Notes under the pieces: model-generated
Seen by the model: the letters and a program-made list of their open reading frames with translations, nothing else
The model's database searches: none
What the model was told of the DNA's origin: nothing
Virus record (IMG/VR): IMGVR_UViG_3300042874_000422
Coordinates: 1-64,000 of that record
Strand: one strand, 5' to 3'
Origin: a virus
DNA: 64,000 bases
Translations under genes and position numbers: made by a program
In this document: positions 37,368 through 47,109 of the stretch, piece after piece
How positions within the stretch are numbered: the stretch's first letter is position 1
How the letters are laid out: each line of letters begins with the position of its first letter

Positions 37368-37937
37368 ATGGCCGAGGATCGGCGGTACGAAGGGTTCAGC
37401 TTGCTTGCCGGATTCGTGATCGGCTCGCTCACGATCGGTTTGCTGGCGTACCTCCTCGCCAAAACCTTCGCGGCTCTGCGCGGTACATCCGGTGGTCAAC
37501 TCGGTAACGGTAGCCCGCCAATCAACATCTACAACAATCACGGTCACGTGTTACCGCAGCCTGTTCCGACGACGGAGTGGGGCACGCGCGATCGGACCGA
37601 CGCGATGGCGCTGCCCGATGGCATCTCGCTCGCGTCGAAGATGGAGACGTACACGCTGAGCCCGTTGCGATCGGCGCGGGTGTTCACCGCACCACGCAAG
37701 GGTCCGATGTGGCGCGTCCGCATTCAAGTGGTCGGCCCGGCTGGCGGCTTCGGTGTGTTCGCGATCGATTCGCCGATCTCGGACACCACACCGATCGGCT
37801 CGCCACAGGGCATCGTCGTACCGTCGAACGGCTTCAGCGAGATTCGCCTTGGGCCTCGTCAGATCCTCTACGGTCGCGCCGCCGGTACCGAGGAAGACGT
37901 ACAGGTGAGCATCACGGCGTCGGCTGAGATCGTCTAG
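37368..37937 (+). CDS. membrane-anchored beta-sandwich protein
   Basis: N-terminal TM, LRG/QLG, C-terminal domain resembling 52140..52463. Confidence 0.65.
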   Translation: MAEDRRYEGFSLLAGFVIGSLTIGLLAYLLAKTFAALRGTSGGQLGNGSPPINIYNNHGHVLPQPVPTTEWGTRDRTDAMALPDGISLASKMETYTLSPLRSARVFTAPRKGPMWRVRIQVVGPAGGFGVFAIDSPISDTTPIGSPQGIVVPSNGFSEIRLGPRQILYGRAAGTEEDVQVSITASAEIV

Positions 37938-37939
37938 CA

Positions 37940-38341
37940 ATGGCGAAGAAAGGCCCCATCACTGGGGCGGCGGTTCGCGACGACCCGCCGGACCTCGATG
38001 ATTGGGGGCTTGTCGTACGCCCGATCTTCGCCGGTCCGGTCATCGTCATCGCGACGATCGCGGGTCCTACCGTCGGCGTCACGACGACGATCGCAGCGTC
38101 TGTGGTGCCAGCGGTGTATCTTGCCGTGAACGCTGCGCGACTCGGCGCGACGATCAACAACGACTCGGCAGGCCGCTTTCTCTACATCAAGCTCGGCGCG
38201 GGCGTGAGCGGTGTCAGCTACTCGGTTCGTCTGGGGCCACACAGCTATTACGAGCTGCCGTTCCCCGCGTACACGGGCGTGATCGAAGGTGTCTGGACCG
38301 CAGGCGTCGGCGGCTTCGCGACCGTGACCGAATTGACGTAG
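37940..38341 (+). CDS. beta-rich spike/vertex-like protein A1
   Basis: SYYELPFPAYTGVIEG, paralogous to 39615. Confidence 0.7.
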   Translation: MAKKGPITGAAVRDDPPDLDDWGLVVRPIFAGPVIVIATIAGPTVGVTTTIAASVVPAVYLAVNAARLGATINNDSAGRFLYIKLGAGVSGVSYSVRLGPHSYYELPFPAYTGVIEGVWTAGVGGFATVTELT

Positions 38342-38350
38342 GATGGGCGC

Positions 38351-38626
38351 ATGCCCGCTCAAGCGTTGATTCGTAACCTGAACCGTCAGCAGGTCGAAAA
38401 GGCCATCGCCGACTCCAAGCAGAAACTGTCGATTCATGACAGCAACGGGCAGATGCTCGTTGTCGTCGACGGATCGGCCGAAGGCACGGACCCGGTCGCG
38501 CTCAAGGCGTTGCAGGGCATCGCGGACGCCGACTCCGCGATCACGCTGAAGAACCAGGCTGACGCGAAAACGAAGGCAAAGACAGAAGCCGATGCTGCGA
38601 AGGCGAAAGCAGCGGCGAAGCCCTAA
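38351..38626 (+). CDS. hypothetical protein with Ala/Lys tail
   Basis: TAGGAT-N6-ATG. Confidence 0.65.
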   Translation: MPAQALIRNLNRQQVEKAIADSKQKLSIHDSNGQMLVVVDGSAEGTDPVALKALQGIADADSAITLKNQADAKTKAKTEADAAKAKAAAKP

Positions 38627-39528
38627 CGACGCTTCGCCTTCGTCACCGAGCGCACGGGCTTACCCTTGCGCTTGGCTGCCGCGACTTTCTTGATGAGGCT
38701 CGACGGGTTCTCAGGCAGCGGCGCGGGCGGCGGTGGCGGATTCGCATTGTACCGTGCGAGTGCGATGATCTGCTGCACCGTCACGATCAGCGGCTTGGGT
38801 GGGTGCTCAGCGTCGTACCAGTCCACGCTCTCCCACATCGGATCGAGCGGTACCGGCACGCCCTCGATGTACTGCACCGACATCACCAGCGAGATGAAAT
38901 GCTGTCCGGCTTTCTCGACGAACGTCGAGACGTAAGGTGCGTGCTTGGACACTGAGACCGCGCCGACGTCGAGGCCGGTCGAGATCTTCACCGCGCGGCG
39001 GATCGCACTCTCGTTCGACTCGCCGACTTCTAGCTCGCCTTCGGGGAGCACGTAGTGCCCACTCTTCTTGAGCTTGCCGAGGAGGACTTTGCCTTGGTGC
39101 AAAATCAGCGCGGCGACCGCGACGCGGACGACGGGCTTGTCGGTCGCATCGATCTCGCCGATCTTGTAGTGCGGCGAGACAGCGCCCGGATCAGCGGGAT
39201 CCGTCGGCCACTTTGTGATGGAGTAGTGCTCGGCGTCTGAGCGATAGAAAAACGTCGCGACCGGCTCCTGGCTCTCGGGCGGTGAAAACACACCGTGAAC
39301 GCGGCGACCGCCGATTGCCAGCTCGGGCGGTTTCGAGCCTATCGTGATGTAGACAGGCTTTCCATCCCCGCCTTTGCCGAGCACGAGCAGCGCGTCATCG
39401 CCTAGTTCTGCGCGGCGTTGCGCATAGGCTTCCGACAGCATGTTGATCGCGAGCGATGGTAGTTTTTCCTGGGCGATTCGCTCAGGTGTGTCGACAGCGT
39501 GCGGGCTGATGCGAATGATCGTCTTCAC
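38623..39528 (-). CDS. Nudix-domain protein
   Basis: LPEGELEVGES.ESAIRRAVKISTGL, a Nudix box with the catalytic Glu residues replaced. Confidence 0.7.
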   Translation of the reverse strand: MKTIIRISPHAVDTPERIAQEKLPSLAINMLSEAYAQRRAELGDDALLVLGKGGDGKPVYITIGSKPPELAIGGRRVHGVFSPPESQEPVATFFYRSDAEHYSITKWPTDPADPGAVSPHYKIGEIDATDKPVVRVAVAALILHQGKVLLGKLKKSGHYVLPEGELEVGESNESAIRRAVKISTGLDVGAVSVSKHAPYVSTFVEKAGQHFISLVMSVQYIEGVPVPLDPMWESVDWYDAEHPPKPLIVTVQQIIALARYNANPPPPPAPLPENPSSLIKKVAAAKRKGKPVRSVTKAKRR

Positions 39529-39614
39529 CGGTCGGCACGCTAACACGCACGTCCGACAGCGGTTGGAGTAGACTCGGTGGGACGATCGCAGTTCGCGGTC
39601 GCTAGGGAGCACAG

Positions 39615-40166
39615 ATGTCGCTGACGAACGCCTACACGGTCCTCTACGATTCTGCTGACGTCGAAGTCGGTACCGCCACCAACCCGCTCCGCGTGGATCC
39701 CACCGGTACGACGCCGCAGCCGGTCACCGGTACGGTCACGGCGAATCAAGGCACAGCGGCAGTCGTCGCGAGCGCGTGGCCGATCCTCGTCACCGACGGC
39801 GTTGATACCGCTGAGATCGTGAACGCCGCACCGGGCGCGGGCGCGTTCGGTCTCGTCGTTCGTATCGCAGGCACCATCTCGACCACGATCGCGCAGCCAG
39901 CCACGTCGACCGTCACTTCGGTTGTTGTGGCAGTTGCGACGACGGTGATCCTCGCTGCCAACGCGAACCGCCTGGGCGCGATGCTCTACAACGTCGACGG
40001 CACGACGTACGTCAAGCTCGCGACCGCCGCATCAAACACGAGTTTTACGGTTCGCCTCACGGCCAACTCGTACTACGAGCTGCCGTTCCCGGTGTACACG
40101 GGCGTGATCGAGGGTTCGGCCGGCGCGGGCACCAACACCGTTCTCGCCACCGAGCTGACGCCGTAA
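39615..40166 (+). CDS. beta-rich spike/vertex-like protein A2
   Basis: SYYELPFPVYTGVIEG; Thr/Ala/Val-rich shaft. Confidence 0.75.
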   Translation: MSLTNAYTVLYDSADVEVGTATNPLRVDPTGTTPQPVTGTVTANQGTAAVVASAWPILVTDGVDTAEIVNAAPGAGAFGLVVRIAGTISTTIAQPATSTVTSVVVAVATTVILAANANRLGAMLYNVDGTTYVKLATAASNTSFTVRLTANSYYELPFPVYTGVIEGSAGAGTNTVLATELTP

Positions 40167-40180
40167 GCTAAGCTCGGCGC

Positions 40181-41404
40181 GTGCCGGTCGACCTCAACGA
40201 AGAACATGTACTGCTCTTCGACTCCGCTGGAGTCGAGATGGCAGTACAGAACGGCGTTGCGATCCCGGTCAGCACGCGCGGGTATCTAGCGGCGGGATCC
40301 GACGGCGCCAACGCGCGCTTTCTGATCACGGACACGACCGGTCGGCAGATCGCCGTCGGCGCCGCAGCAGCGGGTGCCGCTCCGACGGGCAACCCGCTGC
40401 TGGTCTCCGGATCCGACGGCGCCGCTGTTCGTGCGCTGCTGACTGACGTCGGCGGGCGCCAGATCGCCGTCGGTGCCGCTGCTGCGGCGGCGGCGCCCAT
40501 CGGCAACCCCGTGCTTGTCGGCGGCTCCGACGGTGTGGCGGTGCGCACGCGACTGCTCGACACGTCGGGGCGTGGCATCGCCGTCGGTGCCGGCGCAACG
40601 GGTGCAGCGGTGACGGGCAACCCCGTCTTGATGGCCGGCAGCGACGGCGCGAACGCGCGCACGTTGCTCACCGACGCGTTCGGGCGGCTGGCTATTACAA
40701 CAACGGCTGGGACACCGGACAGCATCATGGGCGAAGTCAGTACCAACGCGCAGACGCGCACCGCGATCAACGCGACCGTGTACACAAACCAGAGCACGAA
40801 CGCACAGCGGTCGGTATCGAGCACGAGTGCAAACGACACCGCAGCAGGTACAGGCGCACGGACGATTCGGATCACGTACTACTCGATCGCGGCCGGTGTC
40901 GTTACGGGACCGTTCACCGAGACGATCACGATGAACGGCGTCGCCGCCGTGAACACAGTCTCAACGACGATCGCGTTCGTCGAGAAGATCGAGGTCATGA
41001 CTGCCGGCTCGGGCGGCGTCCCGGCCGGCGTGATTTCAATCTTCGTCACAACCGGTGGCGGCGGTGGTGCGTTCGGGACGCTGGGCTCTGGTAGTAACGT
41101 CACGCGATGGTCACAGCACTGGGTTCCGTCGGGCAAGACCTGTTCGATCTACAGCGTGTACACCCAGAATACGGCGGCGTCGGGCAACAACCCTCGAATT
41201 ACCATCGACGTGTTCGATGTCGCGACAGTAAACGCCGCCGAACGTACGATCGCAACGTACCGCATCGATGGCCGAACCAACATGGCGCTCGGCGCAACCA
41301 CGCCCATCAACGTCGTCGGTCCAGCGCGTATCCGTGCGTATGTGACACCTGCGAACAACCCCGTGCAGATCACGACCTTCGAGGCGCGGTACATCGAGGC
41401 CTGA
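40181..41404 (+). CDS. fibre/spike protein with 38-aa repeats and head domain B1
   Basis: GSDG..TD..GR.IAVG..GNP repeats; SANDTAAGTGARTIRI. Confidence 0.75.
   Translation: MPVDLNEEHVLLFDSAGVEMAVQNGVAIPVSTRGYLAAGSDGANARFLITDTTGRQIAVGAAAAGAAPTGNPLLVSGSDGAAVRALLTDVGGRQIAVGAAAAAAAPIGNPVLVGGSDGVAVRTRLLDTSGRGIAVGAGATGAAVTGNPVLMAGSDGANARTLLTDAFGRLAITTTAGTPDSIMGEVSTNAQTRTAINATVYTNQSTNAQRSVSSTSANDTAAGTGARTIRITYYSIAAGVVTGPFTETITMNGVAAVNTVSTTIAFVEKIEVMTAGSGGVPAGVISIFVTTGGGGGAFGTLGSGSNVTRWSQHWVPSGKTCSIYSVYTQNTAASGNNPRITIDVFDVATVNAAERTIATYRIDGRTNMALGATTPINVVGPARIRAYVTPANNPVQITTFEARYIEA
40295..40690 (+). repeat. about 3.5 copies of a 114-bp (38-aa) tandem repeat
   Basis: GSDGANARFLITDTTGRQIAVGAAAAGAAPTGNPLLVS unit. 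Confidence 0.9.
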
Positions 41405-41405
41405 C

Positions 41406-42104
41406 ATGACGCTGCAATCATCGATCAATCGATCCGGCTACGTCGGCACGTCGAATCAGGTTACGACGGCGATCCGCGCGTCCGATTACACAGAGCAAAG
41501 CGCGAACGCGCAGCGGTCGATCGCGTCGGCGAGTGCGAACGACAGTGCAGCAGGAACCGGTGCCCGCAAGGTACGCATCCGTTATCTCGACAGCACGTTG
41601 ACGGCGCTCAAGGAAGAAGTCGTCACGCTCAACGGCGCGACACCTGTGAACACCGTCGCTACTGATATCTGTTTCATCGAGAGCATGGTCATCGAAGACG
41701 TCGGCGCGGTCGGCGGTAACGTTGGCAACATCACGCTGTTCGTCGGGCTCGCAGGCGCAGGCGGTGCGATCGGTGTGATCCTCGCAGGCGACAACCAAAC
41801 CAACTGGTGTCAGCACTACGTCGCGCAGGGCTACACGGCTTACGTGACAGTGATCCAGGCGGACACCAAGGGCGCGAGCAGCGGGCTCGTGTCGATCCGT
41901 GCGACGCCGCTCACGGCGCCTGCGAAAGCGGAGCTGACGATCGCGGTGCAACTCCGTGTCCCTGCCGGGGACGAGTCAGCACTCGGGTTCAGCGACGTTC
42001 CGCTTGCGGTGGTGGGTCCGGCCCGCATCACGCTCTACGTGAAACAAGATGCGCCTGGCGGCGTCAACACTTGGTATGCCGGCTTCGGCTACTACGAGAA
42101 CTGA
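41406..42104 (+). CDS. spike head paralog B2
   Basis: QSANAQRSIASASANDSAAGTGARKVRI, VGPARI. Confidence 0.75.
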   Translation: MTLQSSINRSGYVGTSNQVTTAIRASDYTEQSANAQRSIASASANDSAAGTGARKVRIRYLDSTLTALKEEVVTLNGATPVNTVATDICFIESMVIEDVGAVGGNVGNITLFVGLAGAGGAIGVILAGDNQTNWCQHYVAQGYTAYVTVIQADTKGASSGLVSIRATPLTAPAKAELTIAVQLRVPAGDESALGFSDVPLAVVGPARITLYVKQDAPGGVNTWYAGFGYYEN

Positions 42105-42106
42105 TC

Positions 42107-42898
42107 ATGCTGACCAACCGTCCTGCGCGTAACGCAGTCAGTTTCAATCCAGGCTTGCTGATCAACGCAGGGCTCGACGAGGGCGCCGCAGGGCACGTAG
42201 TCGCGTACGCCGCTGCAACCGCTGCTCCGACGACCGTCGTCCGCGCGACAGCATACGTCGAGCCTGCCGCAGCCGCGCAGCTCGAAGTCGTGTCGAGCAA
42301 CGCCAACGACGATGGCGCCCCGGCAGGTACCGGAACGCGGACTGTTCGTATCGTCTACTACGATGGCAGTTGCAACGGTCCGTTCACGACGGATGTCGTG
42401 ATGAACGGTGTGACGGCTGTGCCGACGACACCGACGGACCTACGCTTCATCGAAAGCATCTGCAGTCTCACCGTCGGCAGCAACGGGACCAACGTTGGGA
42501 CGATCACCCTTCGTGGGCTCGGCGGCGGTGCACTGGTCGGGACGATCGCAGCAAGTGACGGTCGAACGTACTGGGGCCACCACTACATTGCGACGGGCCG
42601 CATCGGGCAAATCCTCGACGTGAACGGCGCGTTCACGCTCGCCAAAGGATCGCTCTTTCTACGATCGATCGATGTCCTGACCGCCAACGCTTTCGAGCTG
42701 CAAATCACGCCGCAGCTTCGACTCACCCCCGGCGCGGTTGGTGCGGCAGCGAACCCTGCACCGTTTCAGCCAACGTTGGTGTTCCCGTTCGGGGGCTTGT
42801 ACGTCGCCGGCCCCGCGCGCGTGACTGCATACGTAGACCCGGACACAGCCGTCGCGAACAATGTCGCGTTCGTGGGGTTCAGCTACCTTGATGTTTGA
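42107..42898 (+). CDS. spike head paralog B3
   Basis: SSNAND..AGTGTRTVRI, AGPARV. Confidence 0.75.
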   Translation: MLTNRPARNAVSFNPGLLINAGLDEGAAGHVVAYAAATAAPTTVVRATAYVEPAAAAQLEVVSSNANDDGAPAGTGTRTVRIVYYDGSCNGPFTTDVVMNGVTAVPTTPTDLRFIESICSLTVGSNGTNVGTITLRGLGGGALVGTIAASDGRTYWGHHYIATGRIGQILDVNGAFTLAKGSLFLRSIDVLTANAFELQITPQLRLTPGAVGAAANPAPFQPTLVFPFGGLYVAGPARVTAYVDPDTAVANNVAFVGFSYLDV

Positions 42899-42919
42899 AA
42901 AACTCTGCCGTTTTTTCAA

Positions 42920-43138
42920 TCAGGCAGCCTCGATGAGTTCCGGTCCGGCGGGACCGACGTACGTGAGCTGTTCAACCTGATCGTCGATGCCGTCGTCTTC
43001 GAGCTGATCCCAGGCGAGGTCTCGCAGTTTTCGTGTGTTCTTGAAGGTCACGCCGGGCGGTACCTCGACGAATAGATCGGCCGCGCCGCCTTCGGTAAAG
43101 ACAGCCACGAACCGTACGTAGCGCTTCCGTCGAGACAT
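42920..43138 (-). CDS. hypothetical protein
   Basis: MSRRKRYVRF start. Confidence 0.55.
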   Translation of the reverse strand: MSRRKRYVRFVAVFTEGGAADLFVEVPPGVTFKNTRKLRDLAWDQLEDDGIDDQVEQLTYVGPAGPELIEAA

Positions 43139-43140
43139 CG

Positions 43141-43353
43141 TTACACCCTGCAGCGGTGCTGACGCAGCACCTTGGTGGTATCCCGAATTTGCTTCTCGGC
43201 GAGGTGGCGCCTGACCTTGCTGCGGACGCGCTTCAGATCCTTCTGGGCGCGTTCCAGATAGACCTCGGCTTCGATGCAATTCCCCGCACGCGCCTCACGC
43301 CGCGCATGATGAGTGAACTGCGCGATGTAGCTGAGCATCGACCGACGCGGCAT
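43141..43353 (-). CDS. small basic protein
   Basis: GGAG SD; Arg-rich with 2 Cys. Confidence 0.55.
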   Translation of the reverse strand: MPRRSMLSYIAQFTHHARREARAGNCIEAEVYLERAQKDLKRVRSKVRRHLAEKQIRDTTKVLRQHRCRV

Positions 43354-43355
43354 GA

Positions 43356-43487
43356 CTAGATCTCCTCGAAGTCTTCATCGAAGATCGCCGTCACTTCACC
43401 GTTCACCTGGTTAGCGACCTGTTGAGCTGCTGCTTCGGCCTGTGCCAGCGTGCCGTGGAAGTCGAAACGGACTTTGGGTGTCGGCAT
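43356..43487 (-). CDS. 43-aa hypothetical protein
   Basis: MPTPKVRFDFHGTLAQAEAAAQQVANQVNGEVTAIFDEDFEEI; GAGG SD. Confidence 0.5.
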   Translation of the reverse strand: MPTPKVRFDFHGTLAQAEAAAQQVANQVNGEVTAIFDEDFEEI

Positions 43488-43495
43488 CCTGAACC

Positions 43496-44122
43496 TCACC
43501 GAGAAGTTATCACGAAACCGGCAATAATTTTGCCACGATCCAGCGCCCGCTCGATGCTGCCGTAGGTGTCGAAAAGGACCAAGCGGCCGGACCCGTCAGC
43601 GTACGGCTTGGTGTTCTGGCCCGAGGGCACGACGAACTGGCGCATCTTATCGCGCTCTGCTAGGATTTCTTCGTTCACGGGTTGCTCCGTGAAACCGGCG
43701 GGCCCGTGGCTGGGCGCCGCCGGATTTCTTAGCGAGCGATGCGCTTCTTGGCCATCGGTCAGCACGGCGCCGACATAGGTGTCGGTCGGATTCGCGACCT
43801 CGACCCCGTAGTGATGCAGCAGGCACTGCGTGTCGAACGCGAGGTTGTGGCCGATCTTCGACGACGGCCCTTCGAGGATCGCGCGCAGCGCATCCGGCAT
43901 GCAACCGAGCTGGCCGAGATCGAAGATGGTCGCGGCCTCGGCGGTCCCGAGCTGCAGGAGACGCACCTTGTTGCGAAATGGATCGAGCGCAGCCTTGCCG
44001 TCGGTATTCGGGCCTGCCGCGAACGTCTCGATGTCGAGCCCGAGGTGAGGCCGTTCCGCGAGGGCGCTGCAGGCGGCCACCGCTTGGTCGAGAGTCACGG
44101 CGACCTTGTACGCAGGCGTCAT
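43496..44122 (-). pseudogene. truncated PolA-type 3'-5' exonuclease fused to an unrelated C-terminus
   Basis: GLDIET, LDP...VRLLQLG, KIGHNLAFD, DT; ExoIII absent. Confidence 0.7.
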
Positions 44123-44404
44123 CGCGACCCCGCCCGTGATCGTCGGGCCCGGTTGCTCTGGTGGGCTTGGTGGGCAAGCATCGGATCGCGCAGAGGCGGG
44201 ATCCGAGACTCGAATCGCTGACCTCGTATGGGGTAGAGGGTGGAGACCCACCAGACCCACCAGACCCACCGGGCTCGTGGCGACCCGGCTTGCATTGCTC
44301 GACACGCCACCTCGCCACGCCCGCTCGACCCGGCTGGATCGCGAGGACCCTCTCAGCGGACACGCGCATCAGCGCCGCAGAACGTCGGCTATCCCGTTAC
44401 TGCG

Positions 44405-44581
44405 CTACTGCCGCGTCCGGATCGCGTTGCAGATTGATGGCTCGTTCCAAACGCCGGCTCGCTGCGCATCCTCTTCGGTGAGCGTGTGCAAGAGACGGAT
44501 GTCGAGCGTCTCGACGCGCAGGAACAGGCCCGCGCGCTCGCGCGGCATCGGCTCGAAACGTTCGATCATCCGTTCGGGCAC
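44405..44581 (-). pseudogene. fragment of an ASCH-like phage protein
   Basis: MPRERAGLFLRVETLDIRLLHTLTEEDAQRAG, then an early stop. Confidence 0.45.
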
Positions 44582-44583
44582 GG

Positions 44584-45045
44584 CTAACCTCGCTTCTTTC
44601 GGCCACGGATCAAGAGGAACATGCTCAGCACGAACGCCGCGCCGCCTCCGTAGACGGCCCAGTTCGGTAGCCCGAGCCCGAGCAGCCCGGCGCCGATCGC
44701 GTTCTGGTTCTTGAGGATGTTGACCGGGTTGAGCGAGGCGCCTGGCTTTGGCGTGACCGTGATCGCCACCGTTGGCGGGGGCAGCGCGCCTTCGTCGGCG
44801 GCTTGCCCGAGGAACACCGCGAGCCCGGCGGCGCCTGATTTGATCGCCGCGATGTCGATCGCGCCGCTGTCCGTGACGAGCGCGACCGAGAGGCCTGACG
44901 CCGTGTCCGAGCCGATCGCCGCGAGCGCCTTGAACAGCGCCGCTGCCGTGGCCGATCCGATGTTGCCGTCGACGCCGATCGACGTGAAGCCAGCGGACGC
45001 TGCGAAGCGATTGATCGTGGCCTGCAGATCAGTGGCGGCTGACAT
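44584..45045 (-). CDS. peptidoglycan-binding-like protein with C-terminal TM
   Basis: LQATIN...VDGNIGSAT..A; TM + RGRKKRG; TAGCGT-N6-ATG. Confidence 0.7.
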   Translation of the reverse strand: MSAATDLQATINRFAASAGFTSIGVDGNIGSATAAALFKALAAIGSDTASGLSVALVTDSGAIDIAAIKSGAAGLAVFLGQAADEGALPPPTVAITVTPKPGASLNPVNILKNQNAIGAGLLGLGLPNWAVYGGGAAFVLSMFLLIRGRKKRG

Positions 45046-45091
45046 GACCTGACGCTATCACGGGGCCCCAAGGCTGCGGTAATCTGCCCAT

Positions 45092-45754
45092 ATGGCCTTC
45101 AGCCCGTCCGTCGAGAAATGGCGCCCGCTCGCGGAGCTATTCATCGCGGACGCGCCGACGAACTACCTGCTCGATTGGATTCGCGGCGAGTCTGGCGGCA
45201 ACCGCTGCAACGTGACGACGAGCGCCGGCTTCCCCGAGATCGGCCTGTTCCAGCTCGACCCTGGCAACGCACGGCTCGGCGGCATCGAGCAGGATGCTCT
45301 ACGTGTCGGCTGTTCTGGTTCGTCCGAAATCGACGACTCGCCCGCGTTGCAGCTGCTCGCGATGTCGAGCGGTGTCGAGTACATCAAGGCGCTAAAGACG
45401 CTCGCCCACAAGCGACTGCAAGCCGTCGGCACGGATTGGTCGGAGACCGACCCCGGATTCTGGGCGTTCGTGCGCTACCACTTCTCGGCGGGCTCGGGCG
45501 CGGCGCAGTCCGCACTATCGCGCGCGACGACCGCGCTCGGTCGTGCGCCGACGAGCTGGGGCGAGATCGTCGCGAACGGATCACCGTCGCAGCACTGGGC
45601 CGAGGTCTCGACCGCGAACGGGCTGTACGCGCTCGGCTGGGCGCCGGGTGGTGGGACGCTGTCGCGAGGCGAGTGGGCTCTGATGGCGCTCGCTGGGATC
45701 CTGGGTGTCGCCGCTGCGATGCGGTTCGATCAGTGGCTGGCCAAGCCCGTGTAA
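45092..45754 (+). CDS. lytic transglycosylase/lysozyme-like protein with C-terminal TM
   Basis: V.KWRPL, I.GESGGN, GLFQL; TAATCT-N6-ATG. Confidence 0.75.
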   Translation: MAFSPSVEKWRPLAELFIADAPTNYLLDWIRGESGGNRCNVTTSAGFPEIGLFQLDPGNARLGGIEQDALRVGCSGSSEIDDSPALQLLAMSSGVEYIKALKTLAHKRLQAVGTDWSETDPGFWAFVRYHFSAGSGAAQSALSRATTALGRAPTSWGEIVANGSPSQHWAEVSTANGLYALGWAPGGGTLSRGEWALMALAGILGVAAAMRFDQWLAKPV

Positions 45755-46003
45755 GGGCTTTGTCGTCGACGGGAGCCCCAGTCCCCGGTGTGTCGCCATC
45801 TGCCGAGGTCACCTGAAGCAGAAGGGCCGTAAGAGCGCACAAGCTCCGCAAGAGCACTGGTCCTTCGGGCTGTGATACCGTAGGCAGCATCATGAACGTC
45901 AACGTACAGAAGCCCAAGCAGGCACCGGCCAGCGCCGGTTGCTGCACGCGCCCCGTTCGTCCCATCAAGCCGATCAAGCCGATCAAGCGCTAGGATTACG
46001 ACC

Positions 46004-46264
46004 ATGGCCAAAGCAAAGACCGCATCGTCCACGAAGTCCGCGAAGAAGAAGGCCGGCTGCCGTGGCGCGACGATTTCGTTCAAGACCAAGCGCGGCAAGA
46101 CGATCGAATTCAAGGGCCGCGCCGGCAAGGCGTGCGGTCCTCGTCGCAAGCCGACGCCGCCGCCCAAGCACTTCCGCACCGAGTTTGCCCGTCAGGCGAA
46201 AGCCTGCAAGGGCGGAACGCGCGGCGTGTTCCTGAAGTGCATGAAGCGCCTGCAGTACAGCTAG
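46004..46264 (+). CDS. Lys-rich basic protein
   Basis: TAGGAT-N7-ATG; 4 Cys. Confidence 0.7.
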   Translation: MAKAKTASSTKSAKKKAGCRGATISFKTKRGKTIEFKGRAGKACGPRRKPTPPPKHFRTEFARQAKACKGGTRGVFLKCMKRLQYS

Positions 46265-46271
46265 CCCTGCG

Positions 46272-46826
46272 ATGGCGCGCTGGCCGACCGCCCCGTACAC
46301 GACGCATCGCACCGGTTGCTATCGATGCCGTCGGATGACGTCGGCCGACGGCGGGTGCGGTGTGAAGGGCTACCCCTGCACGCACTGGGGTGTCGACACA
46401 TTCACGATCGACGGCAGCCGCGATGTGTGGGCGCCAGAGGCCGGCACCGTCGTCGCGGTCGCCAACGGCAGCTCGCCACCATTTTCAGGCTACGGCCCCG
46501 GTATCGTGCTGATGCTGGGCGCGAGCGGCGTCTACCATCTGCTTGCGCATCTCGACTACTCGACGATCGACGTTCGCGAAGGTCAGCAGCTCGCCGAAGG
46601 TGAGCCGATCGCGATGTTCAGCGAGGCATACGGCCACTGCCACTACGAGATTCGTCTGGCGCCGACGGGCCCGTCCGACGTGAACACAGTCGACCCGGTC
46701 GCGTGGCACGCGGGAGCCACCGGCATCACCACCGGCGAGATCGCGCTCATGTTCGTCGCGGGCGTCGTCGGGCTCGCGGGTGCGATCATGCTCGACCGCT
46801 GGCTTGCTGGCGAGCCCGTTGGTTGA
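46272..46826 (+). CDS. M23 peptidase with C-terminal TM
   Basis: HWGVD, AP..G.V, AHL, V..GQ, HCHYE. Confidence 0.85.
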   Translation: MARWPTAPYTTHRTGCYRCRRMTSADGGCGVKGYPCTHWGVDTFTIDGSRDVWAPEAGTVVAVANGSSPPFSGYGPGIVLMLGASGVYHLLAHLDYSTIDVREGQQLAEGEPIAMFSEAYGHCHYEIRLAPTGPSDVNTVDPVAWHAGATGITTGEIALMFVAGVVGLAGAIMLDRWLAGEPVG

Positions 46827-47109
46827 TCGCGACGAGATCGCCGAACACCTTCGACTCGCGGATCCGACGCAGATGCCCGACGAACGTACGGGCGTCGCAC
46901 TCGATCGCGCCGGCCGCGACCGCGAGCGCCCGCTTGCCCTTCGCGATGTCGTAGTGCCAGAAGCTCGCCTTGGGTGGGACCTGATACCAACGACGAGCGA
47001 CGCCAATGCGATCGGCCATCGCGTGTAACTCGTCCGGCGTGTCCGCGATCATGTGGCACATCACCATCTGACCGAGCGGATGGATCGAGCTGTCGACGTA
47101 CACGCTCAT
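46786..47109 (-). CDS. DUF4031 family protein
   Basis: VYVD, CHMIADT.DELHAMA..IG, HYDI. Confidence 0.85.
   Translation of the reverse strand: MSVYVDSSIHPLGQMVMCHMIADTPDELHAMADRIGVARRWYQVPPKASFWHYDIAKGKRALAVAAGAIECDARTFVGHLRRIRESKVFGDLVAINQRARQQASGRA

Noticed and set aside
45964-45988. 9-nt tandem repeats (ATCAAGCCG; also near 4910, 20745 and 44250)
   Set aside because: Only 2-3 copies each, unrelated in sequence; consistent with slippage.
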